64,000 nt of DNA from Gammaproteobacteria bacterium AqS3. GTDB lineage: Bacteria; Pseudomonadota; Gammaproteobacteria; MEIF01; AqS3. The notes beneath the pieces are model-generated. The model was given only the letters and a program-made list of their open reading frames with translations, searched no databases and was not told where the DNA came from. The translations under genes and the position numbers were made by a program. Where the stretch lies: NCBI GenBank assembly GCA_001750645.1, contig MEIF01000228.1:7236-71235 (forward strand), in the 5' to 3' direction. Position 1 is the stretch's first letter. Every line of letters begins with the position of its first letter. Below are positions 9,193 through 18,596 of this stretch, piece by piece.

Positions 9193-10743
9193 TCAGACCT
9201 GGGTGTTGTAGTCCTTCCAATAGGGTTCGCGCAGTTGGCGCTTGAGGGTCTTGCCCGAGCCGGTGCGCGGGATCTCGTCGATGAACTCGACCGAGCGCGG
9301 CACCTTGTAGCCCGCCAGATGCTCGCGCCCGTAAGCCTGCACTGCCTCGGCGTCGACATCGCTGCCCGGTCGCTTGACCAGCGTGGCGTGCACCACCTCG
9401 CCCCACTCCTCATCGGGGATGCCGAACACCGCGACATCCATGATGTCGTCATGCGACTCCAGCGCCGCCTCGATCTCGGCCGGGTAGATGTTGACGCCGC
9501 CCGAGATGATCATGTCCTTCTTGCGGTCGCAGATGTAGTAGAACCCCTCCTCGTCAAAGTAGGCGATGTCGCCGACGGTCTGCTTGTCGTCGCGCCGGTC
9601 GGCCTCGAATTTCTCCTCGGCCTTGTAGTAGGTCTGGAAGATCGTCCCGCTGCGGATGAACAGCTCGCCGGGCTGGTGCGGCTCGGTGATCAGGTTGCCT
9701 TCGTCATCAAAGAGAAACAGCTCCACCCCCGGGGCCGGCTTGCCGCAGGAGCCCGGCTTGGTCAGCTGGTGCTCGGGCTCGAGAACCGTGTTGATTCCCA
9801 GCTCGGTCGAGCCGTAGACCTCGTAGAGCGACTCGGCGGGAAAGTGCTCGAGATACATCTTTTTGAGGGCGAATGACCACGGGGCGGCATTGGCCACCAT
9901 GAGCCGCATGCTGGCGCGTTCGTACTTGCTGATGACGGCACTGTCCAGCTGGCAGACGCGGCGGATGGGGGTCGGGGCGGCAAAGGTCGAGGTGACCCTG
10001 TACTTCTCGACCAGCCTCAGCCAGTCCTCGGCGTCGTACTTGTTCTGCAGCACGATGGTCTGCCCCATCGCCAGCGAAAAGCCCATGAACCCGAGCGGGC
10101 CCGAGTGGTAGAGCGGCCCGGTGGTGATGTAGACATCGTCCGGGGTGTAGCCGATGAACTCCAGCAGCTTGCCCTGCTGCTCGGGCCGACCCGAACTGGT
10201 GCGATAGGCGCCCTTGGGCTTGCCGGTGGTGCCCGAGGTGTAAATCATCGAAGCCGCCCGGCCGGCCTCGGGCTCAACCCCCGGCGGCTGATCCGAGGCG
10301 GCGTCCAGCAGTGCGTGCGCATCGGTCATTCCCTCGGGCGCCGCACCGTCAAACACCAGCACATGCTCGACCTGGGGCGTGTCGGGGCGGATCTGCTCGA
10401 ACAGCCCGGCGTACTGGGCATCGGTGAACACGATTTCCGCATCGGAGTTGTCGACCACATAAGTGGCCTCCTCTGGCGTCAATCGATAATTCAGCGGCAC
10501 GCTGACCGCCCCCAGCTTGCGGATCGCCACCGTCATCGCCACCAGCCAGCAAGAGTTCTGCCCGCACCAGACGATCTTGCTGTCGGCATCGACCCCCAGA
10601 CCCAGGAGCACGTGCGCCAGACGGTTGGAGTTGGCCTCAAGGGTGTTGAAATCCCAGGCGTCAATGCGCCCGTCGGGGCGATCATCGACAACGGCGAGCT
10701 TGTCGCCGTGGGCTTGGGCAAATAGCGTAACGGGGTCTGGCAT
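9193..10743 (-). CDS. AMP-dependent acyl-CoA synthetase/ligase (paralog of 995..2521)
   Basis: The AMP-binding motif YTSGTTGKPKG is present. Other motifs are YGSTE and DRKKDMIISGGVNIYPAEIE. The C-terminus LREPYWKD is shared with the first paralog. The start is placed at MPDPVTLF. Confidence 0.8.
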   Translation of the reverse strand: MPDPVTLFAQAHGDKLAVVDDRPDGRIDAWDFNTLEANSNRLAHVLLGLGVDADSKIVWCGQNSCWLVAMTVAIRKLGAVSVPLNYRLTPEEATYVVDNSDAEIVFTDAQYAGLFEQIRPDTPQVEHVLVFDGAAPEGMTDAHALLDAASDQPPGVEPEAGRAASMIYTSGTTGKPKGAYRTSSGRPEQQGKLLEFIGYTPDDVYITTGPLYHSGPLGFMGFSLAMGQTIVLQNKYDAEDWLRLVEKYRVTSTFAAPTPIRRVCQLDSAVISKYERASMRLMVANAAPWSFALKKMYLEHFPAESLYEVYGSTELGINTVLEPEHQLTKPGSCGKPAPGVELFLFDDEGNLITEPHQPGELFIRSGTIFQTYYKAEEKFEADRRDDKQTVGDIAYFDEEGFYYICDRKKDMIISGGVNIYPAEIEAALESHDDIMDVAVFGIPDEEWGEVVHATLVKRPGSDVDAEAVQAYGREHLAGYKVPRSVEFIDEIPRTGSGKTLKRQLREPYWKDYNTQV

Positions 10744-10820
10744 GGTGTCTCCTCCCTGGGCGGGGCAGTGCGCCAATCGCGCAAATCATACCCGCCCGCT
10801 GCGGACGGGTCTGGCGGAAC

Positions 10821-11363
10821 TCAGCCCTCGATGTGCCCCTGGTAGAGGGCGAAGGCGCTGATGACCAGGGCGTGCTGAATCTCCCCGGCGCGCAGCATGC
10901 GGGGAATGTCGGCGTACGGGGCGGTGAAGACCTCGATGTCCTCGGCCGCGTCCAGCTGCTGCGCCCCGGTGCGCTCCACGTCGCGCATCAGGAAGGCGTG
11001 CATGCGGTTGGTCAGCAGCGCCGGGTTGGGGCGCGTCGTTCCGATGCGGATGATCTCGCCGCCGGTGTAGCCGGTCTCCTCGGCCAGCTCGCGCCGTGCC
11101 GCCTCGGCCGGATCCTCGCCCGGGTCGATCAGCCCGCCCGGGATTTCGACCTCGAGCGCGTCGCTCGCCGGGCGCCACTGGCGGATCAGCACGATCTCCT
11201 CCTGCGGCGTCAGGGCAATCACCTGACACCAGTCGCCGAAGTGAAAGCGCATGAATGGATGCTCAAACCCGTTGCGCGGCGAGCGCAGGCGGGCTTGCTC
11301 GATGCGGAAAAATCCGCCCTCGAACAGCCATTCAGAGTCCAGTTGTTCCCAGGGTTTTGGCAC
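10821..11363 (-). CDS. NUDIX hydrolase
   Basis: The Nudix box is GGLIDPGEDPAEAARRELAEETG, of the form GX5EX7REUXEEXGU. Confidence 0.85.
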   Translation of the reverse strand: MPKPWEQLDSEWLFEGGFFRIEQARLRSPRNGFEHPFMRFHFGDWCQVIALTPQEEIVLIRQWRPASDALEVEIPGGLIDPGEDPAEAARRELAEETGYTGGEIIRIGTTRPNPALLTNRMHAFLMRDVERTGAQQLDAAEDIEVFTAPYADIPRMLRAGEIQHALVISAFALYQGHIEG

Positions 11364-11380
11364 GGCTTGTCTCCTTTTTG

Positions 11381-11430
11381 TGGTTGGGGGTTTTGGGGTT
11401 GGGGTTTGGGGTTTGGGTTTGTGGGGCGGT
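11381..11430 (+). repeat. Telomere-like G4T2-4 repeat / G-quadruplex motif with six G-runs
   Basis: The sequence is tggttGGGGGttttGGGGttGGGGtttGGGGtttGGGtttgtGGGG. It lies between the NUDIX start and the qor stop. On the mRNA strand of the NUDIX gene it is a C/A-rich 5' leader. Confidence 0.6.
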
Positions 11431-11441
11431 GTGCGGACGGG

Positions 11442-12440
11442 CTAGATGCGCAGCAAGATTTTGCCGAAGTTGGCGTTGGATTCCATGTGGCGATGCGCCT
11501 CGGCCGCATCAGCCAGGGCAAAAGTGCGATCGATCACCGGCCGCAGCTCGCCCGCAGCGAGCCCCGGGAAGACATCCTCGGCGACCTGTTTGGTCAGCCG
11601 GCGCTTTTCCTCGTGCGAGCGGGCGCGCAGCACCGTCCCGGTGATCTGCAGCCGCTTGGCCAGCAGCAGCCCCAGCGACAGCTCGGCACTGGCCCCGCCC
11701 ATCAGCCCGATGACGACGATGCGCCCCAGACTCGCCGCAGCCTTGATGTTGGCCGACAGATAGGCCGCCCCGATGAAGTCCAGAATCACATCGGCGCCCC
11801 GCTTTTGCGTCAGCTCCAGTGTGCGCTCCTCGAAGGCTTGCTCTTTATAGAGGATGCCGTGGTCGAGACCGAGTGCAAGGGCGGCGTCCAGCTTTTCAGG
11901 GCTGCCGAAAGTTGCGATGGTTGTTGCGCCTATTTTTTTGGCCAGCTGAATCGCCGCCGTGCCGACCCCGCTGCCGCCGGCGTGGATGAGCGCCGTCTCG
12001 CCCGGCTGAATGCGGGCGCGGTTGTGCAGGGCATCCCAGGCCGTCATGAACACCTCGGGGATGGCGGCGGCGGCGGCGTCTGTGAGCCCCTCGGGCGTGC
12101 GGATCAGCAAATCCGCCGGCGTGGTCACGAACTCGGCATAGCCCCCCGCCGACAGCAGACCGCAGACCCGGTCGCCGACCTTCCAGTCTGAGGTGACATC
12201 GGCGCCCAGGGCATCGATGGCGCCGGCGAATTCAAGACCGGGGATTTCGTATTCGGGGGCCTTCCCCGGCGGCGGATAAAAACCTTGGCGCTGCATGACA
12301 TCGGCGCGGTTGAGGGCGGTGAAGGCAGTGCGCACGCGCACCTCGTGCGGCGCCGGATCGGGGATGGGAACGTCCCTGCGAAGCTGCAGCACATCTGCAT
12401 CCCCGTAGTGTGAAATCACAACCGCCTGCATTGCATTCAT
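11442..12440 (-). CDS. qor: NADPH:quinone oxidoreductase / zinc-type alcohol dehydrogenase-like (MDR family)
   Basis: The N-terminus is [21 protein letters not shown] Rossmann motif [14 protein letters not shown] is present. The 52-residue N-terminal extension on the track ORF overlaps the tRNA-Ser gene and was discarded. Confidence 0.8.
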   Translation of the reverse strand: MNAMQAVVISHYGDADVLQLRRDVPIPDPAPHEVRVRTAFTALNRADVMQRQGFYPPPGKAPEYEIPGLEFAGAIDALGADVTSDWKVGDRVCGLLSAGGYAEFVTTPADLLIRTPEGLTDAAAAAIPEVFMTAWDALHNRARIQPGETALIHAGGSGVGTAAIQLAKKIGATTIATFGSPEKLDAALALGLDHGILYKEQAFEERTLELTQKRGADVILDFIGAAYLSANIKAAASLGRIVVIGLMGGASAELSLGLLLAKRLQITGTVLRARSHEEKRRLTKQVAEDVFPGLAAGELRPVIDRTFALADAAEAHRHMESNANFGKILLRI

Positions 12441-12456
12441 ATAATGACCGCCGCTT

Positions 12457-12546
<90 letters not shown>

Positions 12547-12702
12547 GGCGGTTTTCCTGCCGGGTGATATACTCCCGGCCGGGAAAATCTGATCAATCCA
12601 AGAGAGCAAGATCAGAAAAAATATCTCGTCTTTTTCTCGAAATTGATCGACGATTGCCAACCATCACTGTTTTGAATCAGACACTTTAAGACACCGTCTT
12701 AA

Positions 12703-13788
12703 ATGGAGAGAAAGATGAGAGCGAGAAATAAGGGTTCGTTTACTTTTATTGATCTTTTTGCGGGCATCGGCGGCATGCGCATCGCCTTTGATCGTGCTGG
12801 CGGGAAATGCGTTTTTACCTCGGAGTGGAACAAGTCCTGCCAGCAGGTCTACGAGGAGCAGTTCGGCGACAAGCCGCACGGCGACATCACGCAGATTGCA
12901 GCCGAGGAAATCCCCGAGCACGACGTGCTTGTTGCGGGCTTTCCGTGTCAGCCCTTTTCGATCGCGGGCGTGTCAAAAAAGAATGCGCTCCAAATGCCCC
13001 ACGGTTTTCACTGCAACACGCAAGGCACACTGTTTTTCGATATTGTCAGGATCGTTGCCCACCACAGACCCAAAGCTTTTCTGCTGGAAAATGTCAAAAA
13101 CCTGAAAAGTCATGACGGCGGCAACACATTCAATGTCATTTATAAAACGCTCACCGAAGAACTCGGCTACAACGTTCAGGCCAAAATAATCAATGCCAAA
13201 TCTTTTGTCCCGCAGCACAGGGAGAGAATATTTATCGTGGGGTTCCGGGATAAGAATCGCTTCAACTTTGAATCCATCAGAATTCCGCCCGCATTCAACG
13301 GCCCAAAATTGAGAACAATACTGCATCCGCAGGATGGCTCGGAGAAGACAGAGGATCCCTATACGACTGGCAACAAGGGCAAGGTTTCAGAGCGATACAC
13401 ACTTTCCGACAAGCTCTGGACTTACCTTCAAAACTATGCTGAAAAACACAGAGCCAAAGGCAATGGATTTGGATTTGGGTTGGTCGGCCCCGATGATGTC
13501 ACAAGGACGCTTTCCGCCCGCTACTACAAGGACGGCTCGGAAATACTCGTCGACCAGGGAAGCCGGCGCAACCCCAGACGGCTGACGCCCAGAGAGTGTG
13601 CCAGACTGATGGGATTTGACGCACCTGATCAAAGTTGCTTCAAAATAGCGGTATCAGACACACAGGCCTATCGACAGTTTGGCAATGCGGTTGTTGTGCC
13701 GGTTGTCGAGGCCGTTGCCAAGCACATCATTCCGTGGATTACCGTAGAAGAAAATATTCCAAATATTCAAGAAAAAGTAGCCCTCTAG
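12703..13788 (+). CDS. DNA (cytosine-5)-methyltransferase, Dcm/M.EcoRII-like
   Basis: Four C5-methyltransferase motifs are present: motif [11 protein letters not shown], motif IV FPCQPFS, motif VI ENV and motif X QFGNAV. The gene is AT-rich and sits immediately upstream of an EcoRII-like endonuclease gene. Confidence 0.9.
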   Translation: MERKMRARNKGSFTFIDLFAGIGGMRIAFDRAGGKCVFTSEWNKSCQQVYEEQFGDKPHGDITQIAAEEIPEHDVLVAGFPCQPFSIAGVSKKNALQMPHGFHCNTQGTLFFDIVRIVAHHRPKAFLLENVKNLKSHDGGNTFNVIYKTLTEELGYNVQAKIINAKSFVPQHRERIFIVGFRDKNRFNFESIRIPPAFNGPKLRTILHPQDGSEKTEDPYTTGNKGKVSERYTLSDKLWTYLQNYAEKHRAKGNGFGFGLVGPDDVTRTLSARYYKDGSEILVDQGSRRNPRRLTPRECARLMGFDAPDQSCFKIAVSDTQAYRQFGNAVVVPVVEAVAKHIIPWITVEENIPNIQEKVAL

Positions 13789-13837
13789 CGAATGTGCTGC
13801 CTGTAGAAGTAAGTTCCATGCACGAGAGGAGAATGTT

Positions 13838-15085
13838 ATGAAGCGCGGGTCACTCAAACAATACTTTACCGATGTCGCGGTCAAGCGGCTCAGCACCGTA
13901 GAGGTTGACCTGAAGCGCTCTCACCAGCATGAATTAAATGGGGTCTCCGCGCTTAAAGCAATTTTTGGAGAGACGAAAGAGAGGCTCACATTTCAGGCCA
14001 CCTTTTTATGGCTGGACGATGAACTGGAAAAAGCTGAGGAAGAAGACAAGGGGTTTCTAACCTGGTATGACGCTCGACAGAATGACAAAACGCGATCATC
14101 AGAGTATCGACTGTATTTCAGCTCAACCAATATGATGAATCAGGCTCGCGAAGGCGACAGCATTTTCATCGCACTAAAGCCGGATCGATCACTTTTTGTC
14201 ATCGCCGTTCCATCCCAATCGACTATCAAACAGCAATTGCTATGGCTTTTTGATCTGAAAGACCTATCAGGGTCTTCCTTTGAAGTTAAAGAGGTTAGCC
14301 CCGACAAAGGCCCCGAATCTGATTTTGCAGTCAACTACATATTGGACATCCTTGGCATTAAAAAAACCGAGCCGTCTGATCCTGAACGTTTGGATCATCT
14401 GCTTAAACAGTTTGGCGGTGAGTTTCCGAGAACCCGACGCTTTTCAGATCTCGCTAGGGACAACTGTGAAGATGTCGACCCCCTAGAAGCACCGGATCTG
14501 GCCTTGACGCAATGGTTGGAATTTGAGGAAACTCTCTTTCTCCACCTCGAAAAAAAGATCATCGAAAAGCGCCTGCAAGACGGGTTTGTTGGCTCAGATG
14601 GCGACATAGATGTGGACAGCTTCCTCAAGTTTTCACTGAGTGTTCAGAACCGGCGCAAGGCACGGGCTGGCTTGGCACTGGAAAATCACCTTGAATACAT
14701 ATTCATAAACCATAAATTGGAGTTCGATAGGGGTGCGACAACCGAGAACCGCTCAAAGCCCGACTTCTTGTTCCCCGGCTCAAGCTGGTATCACTGCGAG
14801 AAATTCCCCGCATCACACCTCACGATGCTCGGTGCAAAATCCACCTGCAAGGATCGCTGGCGGCAGGTGCTATCCGAAGCCCGGCACATCCCAAAGAAAC
14901 ACCTCCTCACACTTGAGCCCAGCATCTCAGAGTACCAAACAACCGAAATGAAAAATTCAAACCTTCAGCTGGTTCTGCCAAGAACTTTACATCAAACTTA
15001 CACACGGCAGCAAAGGAGCTGGCTTATTGACTTGGAAGCATTTATTTCGGAAGTCAGGCGGAAACAGACTCAAGCGGGGTTGTAG
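13838..15085 (+). CDS. EcoRII-like type IIE restriction endonuclease (probable CCWGG specificity)
   Basis: The C-terminal half aligns closely with my recollection of the EcoRII catalytic domain. Matching segments are NRRKARAGLALENHLEYIF, KPDFLFP and STCKDRWRQVL. The N-terminus is an effector-like domain. The gene follows a Dcm-type methylase. Confidence 0.75.
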   Translation: MKRGSLKQYFTDVAVKRLSTVEVDLKRSHQHELNGVSALKAIFGETKERLTFQATFLWLDDELEKAEEEDKGFLTWYDARQNDKTRSSEYRLYFSSTNMMNQAREGDSIFIALKPDRSLFVIAVPSQSTIKQQLLWLFDLKDLSGSSFEVKEVSPDKGPESDFAVNYILDILGIKKTEPSDPERLDHLLKQFGGEFPRTRRFSDLARDNCEDVDPLEAPDLALTQWLEFEETLFLHLEKKIIEKRLQDGFVGSDGDIDVDSFLKFSLSVQNRRKARAGLALENHLEYIFINHKLEFDRGATTENRSKPDFLFPGSSWYHCEKFPASHLTMLGAKSTCKDRWRQVLSEARHIPKKHLLTLEPSISEYQTTEMKNSNLQLVLPRTLHQTYTRQQRSWLIDLEAFISEVRRKQTQAGL

Positions 15086-15236
15086 GGGTTATTAAAATCT
15101 CGGGAGGTGCAACACCCAACATTTCATATTCGGGCAAATCCCAAGGGACAAATATCATCTCTAGTACTAGCAGAGCATCACCATCTAAATCGCGCCATAT
15201 AATATTTGTCGCCGAATAAAAACAGTTTGACAAAAA

Positions 15237-17039
15237 ATGATAAACAGGAATCTAAAAAAATATTTGGATAATCTAGAGCAAGAGCCCAAAGCTCTTACTT
15301 CTTATCATGGCGAGCATGATATTGCAGAGGCAATCAAACAAATTCTCAAGCAAGATGGGCAATATGAACTAACGAAAGAAGATATCGCCGAGCGAATTGC
15401 CTTTGATTTTATGCCAGAATATCCAAATTATGATCCGGGTTGGGAAACATACTATGGACCAATGTATATTTTGCCGAATAGTGAAGGGCAAATGATGGAA
15501 TATCCAAGTGTCAGGAGAGTAGACCAAGAAATTCTTAAGTACTGGGAAAAAAGAGCAAAAGAAAGTCAAAATCCTATCTTGTCATCGCGCTATGCTGACC
15601 TAGTCGTTGATTTTTCACCAATAGTCTTAAACAAAAAAGCAAATATTGATCTATTCCGAAAAGTCATAGATTCAAATATAGCTATTTGTGAAGAATTACT
15701 CGCTGACCACTTGGATTGCAAAACCAAAATTGAAAGGGCACTGGTTTTGTCAATTCAAATAAACGATCAAAAACAAATTGAGAATATAAAAAATACGATC
15801 CTAAAATTAGAAGAAATCGCTGCCGTTGACGATGCACCCGGGCTTTGGGGATTTGCTTTCAAGTGGCTGCTTCTAGATTTTCCAAAGAAAATCACTCTGG
15901 ACGATAAAGAAAAAAACGATCTTATAAATAAACTTGAAAGAAGACTGGAAAGAGTTGAGAAGGACCCATGGCTTGCAGAAAATGCTGTCGCTTTGCTCGC
16001 AGAATATTATGCAAGTCAACAAGACGAAAAAAATCTCATGCGTGTTTTGGGTGTTTTAGAAAATTCATTCAAAGCAAATGAACGTCTAAATTCTGACGCT
16101 TTACTACAAACACATATCTATGAACAGATACATGAGATATATCGAAAATATGCAAGTCGATTTAAAGAAGCTGAAGAGGCAAATAAAAGGCTTTCGCGAG
16201 AAATTGGACGGCTTGACCTAGACTGGGAAAAATCTTTGACAAAGATATCCGCTGAAATACAAGTTGAAAAGGAGGATATTGAAAAACACCTAAAAGGTAT
16301 TTTTGGCGAAAACAGGGATGATATATTGGAAGAAGTTATGGTTAGAGTTGCTGTGAACCACTTGCCCATAGAAGATTATGTTAAAAGGCAGCTTGATGAA
16401 ATTTCTGGCAAAAGCCCCTTGCAGTTTTTATTAGAAAGACAAGTCGTTTCAGATGACGGAATTCCGATTGCCAAGCTGTCCAGATTGGATGAAGACTACG
16501 AGAATAATTTTCAAAGTTTTGCTTTGCAATATATGCAATTCGGCTCGTTTTTTCTATCACTTACATTAGACGAACTGCGAAAACGAGTTGCCAAAGAAAC
16601 AGTATTGGAGTATTTTGAAAAATCATTAATTTTTGAAAATGAAGATAAGGAATATTTAGAACGAGCAATTTCTGCATATTGGGATGAAGATTATTTAGTT
16701 GCTTCGCATCTATTTAATCCGCTAATCGAGAGCGGAGTTAGAGAATTAATAAGAATTGGGGGCGGTCAAGTCCTAAAACCTAATGGTTTGAATGGATACG
16801 ATAAAGTATTGCTTGGAAGATTACTGAAAAACAAGGAAATCTTTGAACGTGCATTTTCAGAGGCTGGAACGCATGTTTTGTTTTATTTCAGATTGGTTCT
16901 TACTGAAAGACTGGGGATGAACTTAAGAAATGATTTTGCACACGGAATTGGCAAGAAAAAGTTTTTCGGACATGATGCCTCTGATAGGTTATTTCATATT
17001 TTAATTTGGCTATCGGTTGTAAAGTTAAAAGAAAGTTAA
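15237..17039 (+). CDS. Large uncharacterised protein with a C-terminal HEPN-like Rx4HG motif (LRNDFAHG), putative abortive-infection/defence protein
   Basis: The 600-aa ORF is AT-rich. Its only recognisable motif is R-N-D-F-A-H-G near the C-terminus, which fits the HEPN Rx4-6H signature. It resembles DUF4209 / Abi-like C-terminal families. It lies in a defence island. Confidence 0.45.
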   Translation: MINRNLKKYLDNLEQEPKALTSYHGEHDIAEAIKQILKQDGQYELTKEDIAERIAFDFMPEYPNYDPGWETYYGPMYILPNSEGQMMEYPSVRRVDQEILKYWEKRAKESQNPILSSRYADLVVDFSPIVLNKKANIDLFRKVIDSNIAICEELLADHLDCKTKIERALVLSIQINDQKQIENIKNTILKLEEIAAVDDAPGLWGFAFKWLLLDFPKKITLDDKEKNDLINKLERRLERVEKDPWLAENAVALLAEYYASQQDEKNLMRVLGVLENSFKANERLNSDALLQTHIYEQIHEIYRKYASRFKEAEEANKRLSREIGRLDLDWEKSLTKISAEIQVEKEDIEKHLKGIFGENRDDILEEVMVRVAVNHLPIEDYVKRQLDEISGKSPLQFLLERQVVSDDGIPIAKLSRLDEDYENNFQSFALQYMQFGSFFLSLTLDELRKRVAKETVLEYFEKSLIFENEDKEYLERAISAYWDEDYLVASHLFNPLIESGVRELIRIGGGQVLKPNGLNGYDKVLLGRLLKNKEIFERAFSEAGTHVLFYFRLVLTERLGMNLRNDFAHGIGKKKFFGHDASDRLFHILIWLSVVKLKES

Positions 17040-17138
17040 AGAGGATTTTACTTGCACCTACATTAAGAAGTTTAGGAGGAGCGATGCGATATTAAAACAT
17101 GCAATGCCGAGTAAACCCAGAGTAAATTCTTTGGATTT

Positions 17139-18596
17139 TCAAGCCAAATTAATAAGTTTTTGGACATATTGCAAGTTCAAATATGATCCCGTAGGAATCT
17201 CTCTCATTTTGTATATGACAGCCATAATTCTCCCTTCCTGATTCTGGGATTTTTGTATATGCTTTGAAAAAAGTGCCGAATCAATAGATCCTTCAGCCCT
17301 TTCTATTCTCTGTCCCTGTTTGTAGATTTCTCTAACATTCGGACATAGAAGATAAAAATATGCTTCTATTATTTCAAGAAAGCTCCGATCAGCTTCTCCT
17401 ATCTCCAACCCTGACCTTTCTATTTCATCTCTTAGATAGTCATACCCCTTAATAAGCGATATTTCTCCCTTGGTCACTTGTCTATATAACTCTACCTTCT
17501 TCAATCTCACTATCAATAGTGGAATAATCAAATGCGGAAGAATGTGGTAATTCTTCTCACAATTTCTGAAACTTAAAATTAAAGATCTCATTATGCTATC
17601 TAAATCTCTAAGTGAGATATCGAAATAAGAAAAGAATTTGGGTATAAACTCTTGAGCTCTAACCATTCCTGTTTTCTGGTCTGGAGCACTGTATGAAACC
17701 CTTATCAAACCGTCAAAAGCTATTTTAAGTTCATATCGTTCAATCAAATGTTCAAAAAAATGATCTAAGTCGGGCTCAGGAATAGAGAATTCGAAATCAA
17801 AAAATCTTCTCAAATAAATGTCTGAAGCAATATCGCCATATACAGATTGGATAGATTTTTCTAGCTGAGCTCTATCCATACCCAATATGAACACTATGCT
17901 TTCAACATCAAATATATGTTTGACTCTTTCCAAGAGTTCTATCGCAAAAGTTGGGCGGCATCTGTCCAATTCATCAATAATGAAAATTAGAGGCCGATCA
18001 TTTTTCTTTCGGTATTCCTGTGCTAGTCCTTGCAAATTATCTTTCAAAATTTTTTTACTCTTATTATGCTTAATGTACTGATCGACAACCTCATCTTTTT
18101 CAGTTTTCATGAAATTTTTCAAACTATTCTTTAGCTTAATAAGTAAATCCTCAATGTTCAATACAATTCCCAGTTCTATTTTCAAATAAGTTTGCAATCC
18201 CAATAGTAATGTTCTCAGAAAAATACATGCTTTCTTACAAAAAGATATATTTGGTTCATTAAAGTGTTTATAGATCTGGCCTACTAGTGCAACCAGTGGA
18301 TCGTTATGAAAATCATCCTCCCAGGCATTGAAGTAAATAGTCTCAAACTCTCTATTCTTCAAATCCGCTTCCAACCGTTTCAGAAAAAATGTCTTCCCAC
18401 TTCCCCAAGAACCGTCAACACTGATAACCAACGGCTGAGTTTGGCCGTCGATAAAAGTGATCAGTTTCTCTGCCAGTTCTCTCCTACCTAGAACATCATC
18501 GCGCCACACATCATCCTTCGGCACTTCCGCCTCCAGCACCTTCGCAGCAATCTCTTTCTGCCGCTGCCCAAAGTCACTCACCCCACCCTCACTCAT
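17139..18596 (-). CDS. KAP-family P-loop NTPase
   Basis: The Walker A motif is VISVDGSWGSGKTFFLKRL. The KAP motif is YFNAWEDDFHNDPLVALV. The Walker B motif is LIFIIDELDRCRP. The gene is AT-rich. Its start overlaps the stop of the upstream amine oxidase gene by 8 bp. Confidence 0.8.
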   Translation of the reverse strand: MSEGGVSDFGQRQKEIAAKVLEAEVPKDDVWRDDVLGRRELAEKLITFIDGQTQPLVISVDGSWGSGKTFFLKRLEADLKNREFETIYFNAWEDDFHNDPLVALVGQIYKHFNEPNISFCKKACIFLRTLLLGLQTYLKIELGIVLNIEDLLIKLKNSLKNFMKTEKDEVVDQYIKHNKSKKILKDNLQGLAQEYRKKNDRPLIFIIDELDRCRPTFAIELLERVKHIFDVESIVFILGMDRAQLEKSIQSVYGDIASDIYLRRFFDFEFSIPEPDLDHFFEHLIERYELKIAFDGLIRVSYSAPDQKTGMVRAQEFIPKFFSYFDISLRDLDSIMRSLILSFRNCEKNYHILPHLIIPLLIVRLKKVELYRQVTKGEISLIKGYDYLRDEIERSGLEIGEADRSFLEIIEAYFYLLCPNVREIYKQGQRIERAEGSIDSALFSKHIQKSQNQEGRIMAVIYKMREIPTGSYLNLQYVQKLINLA

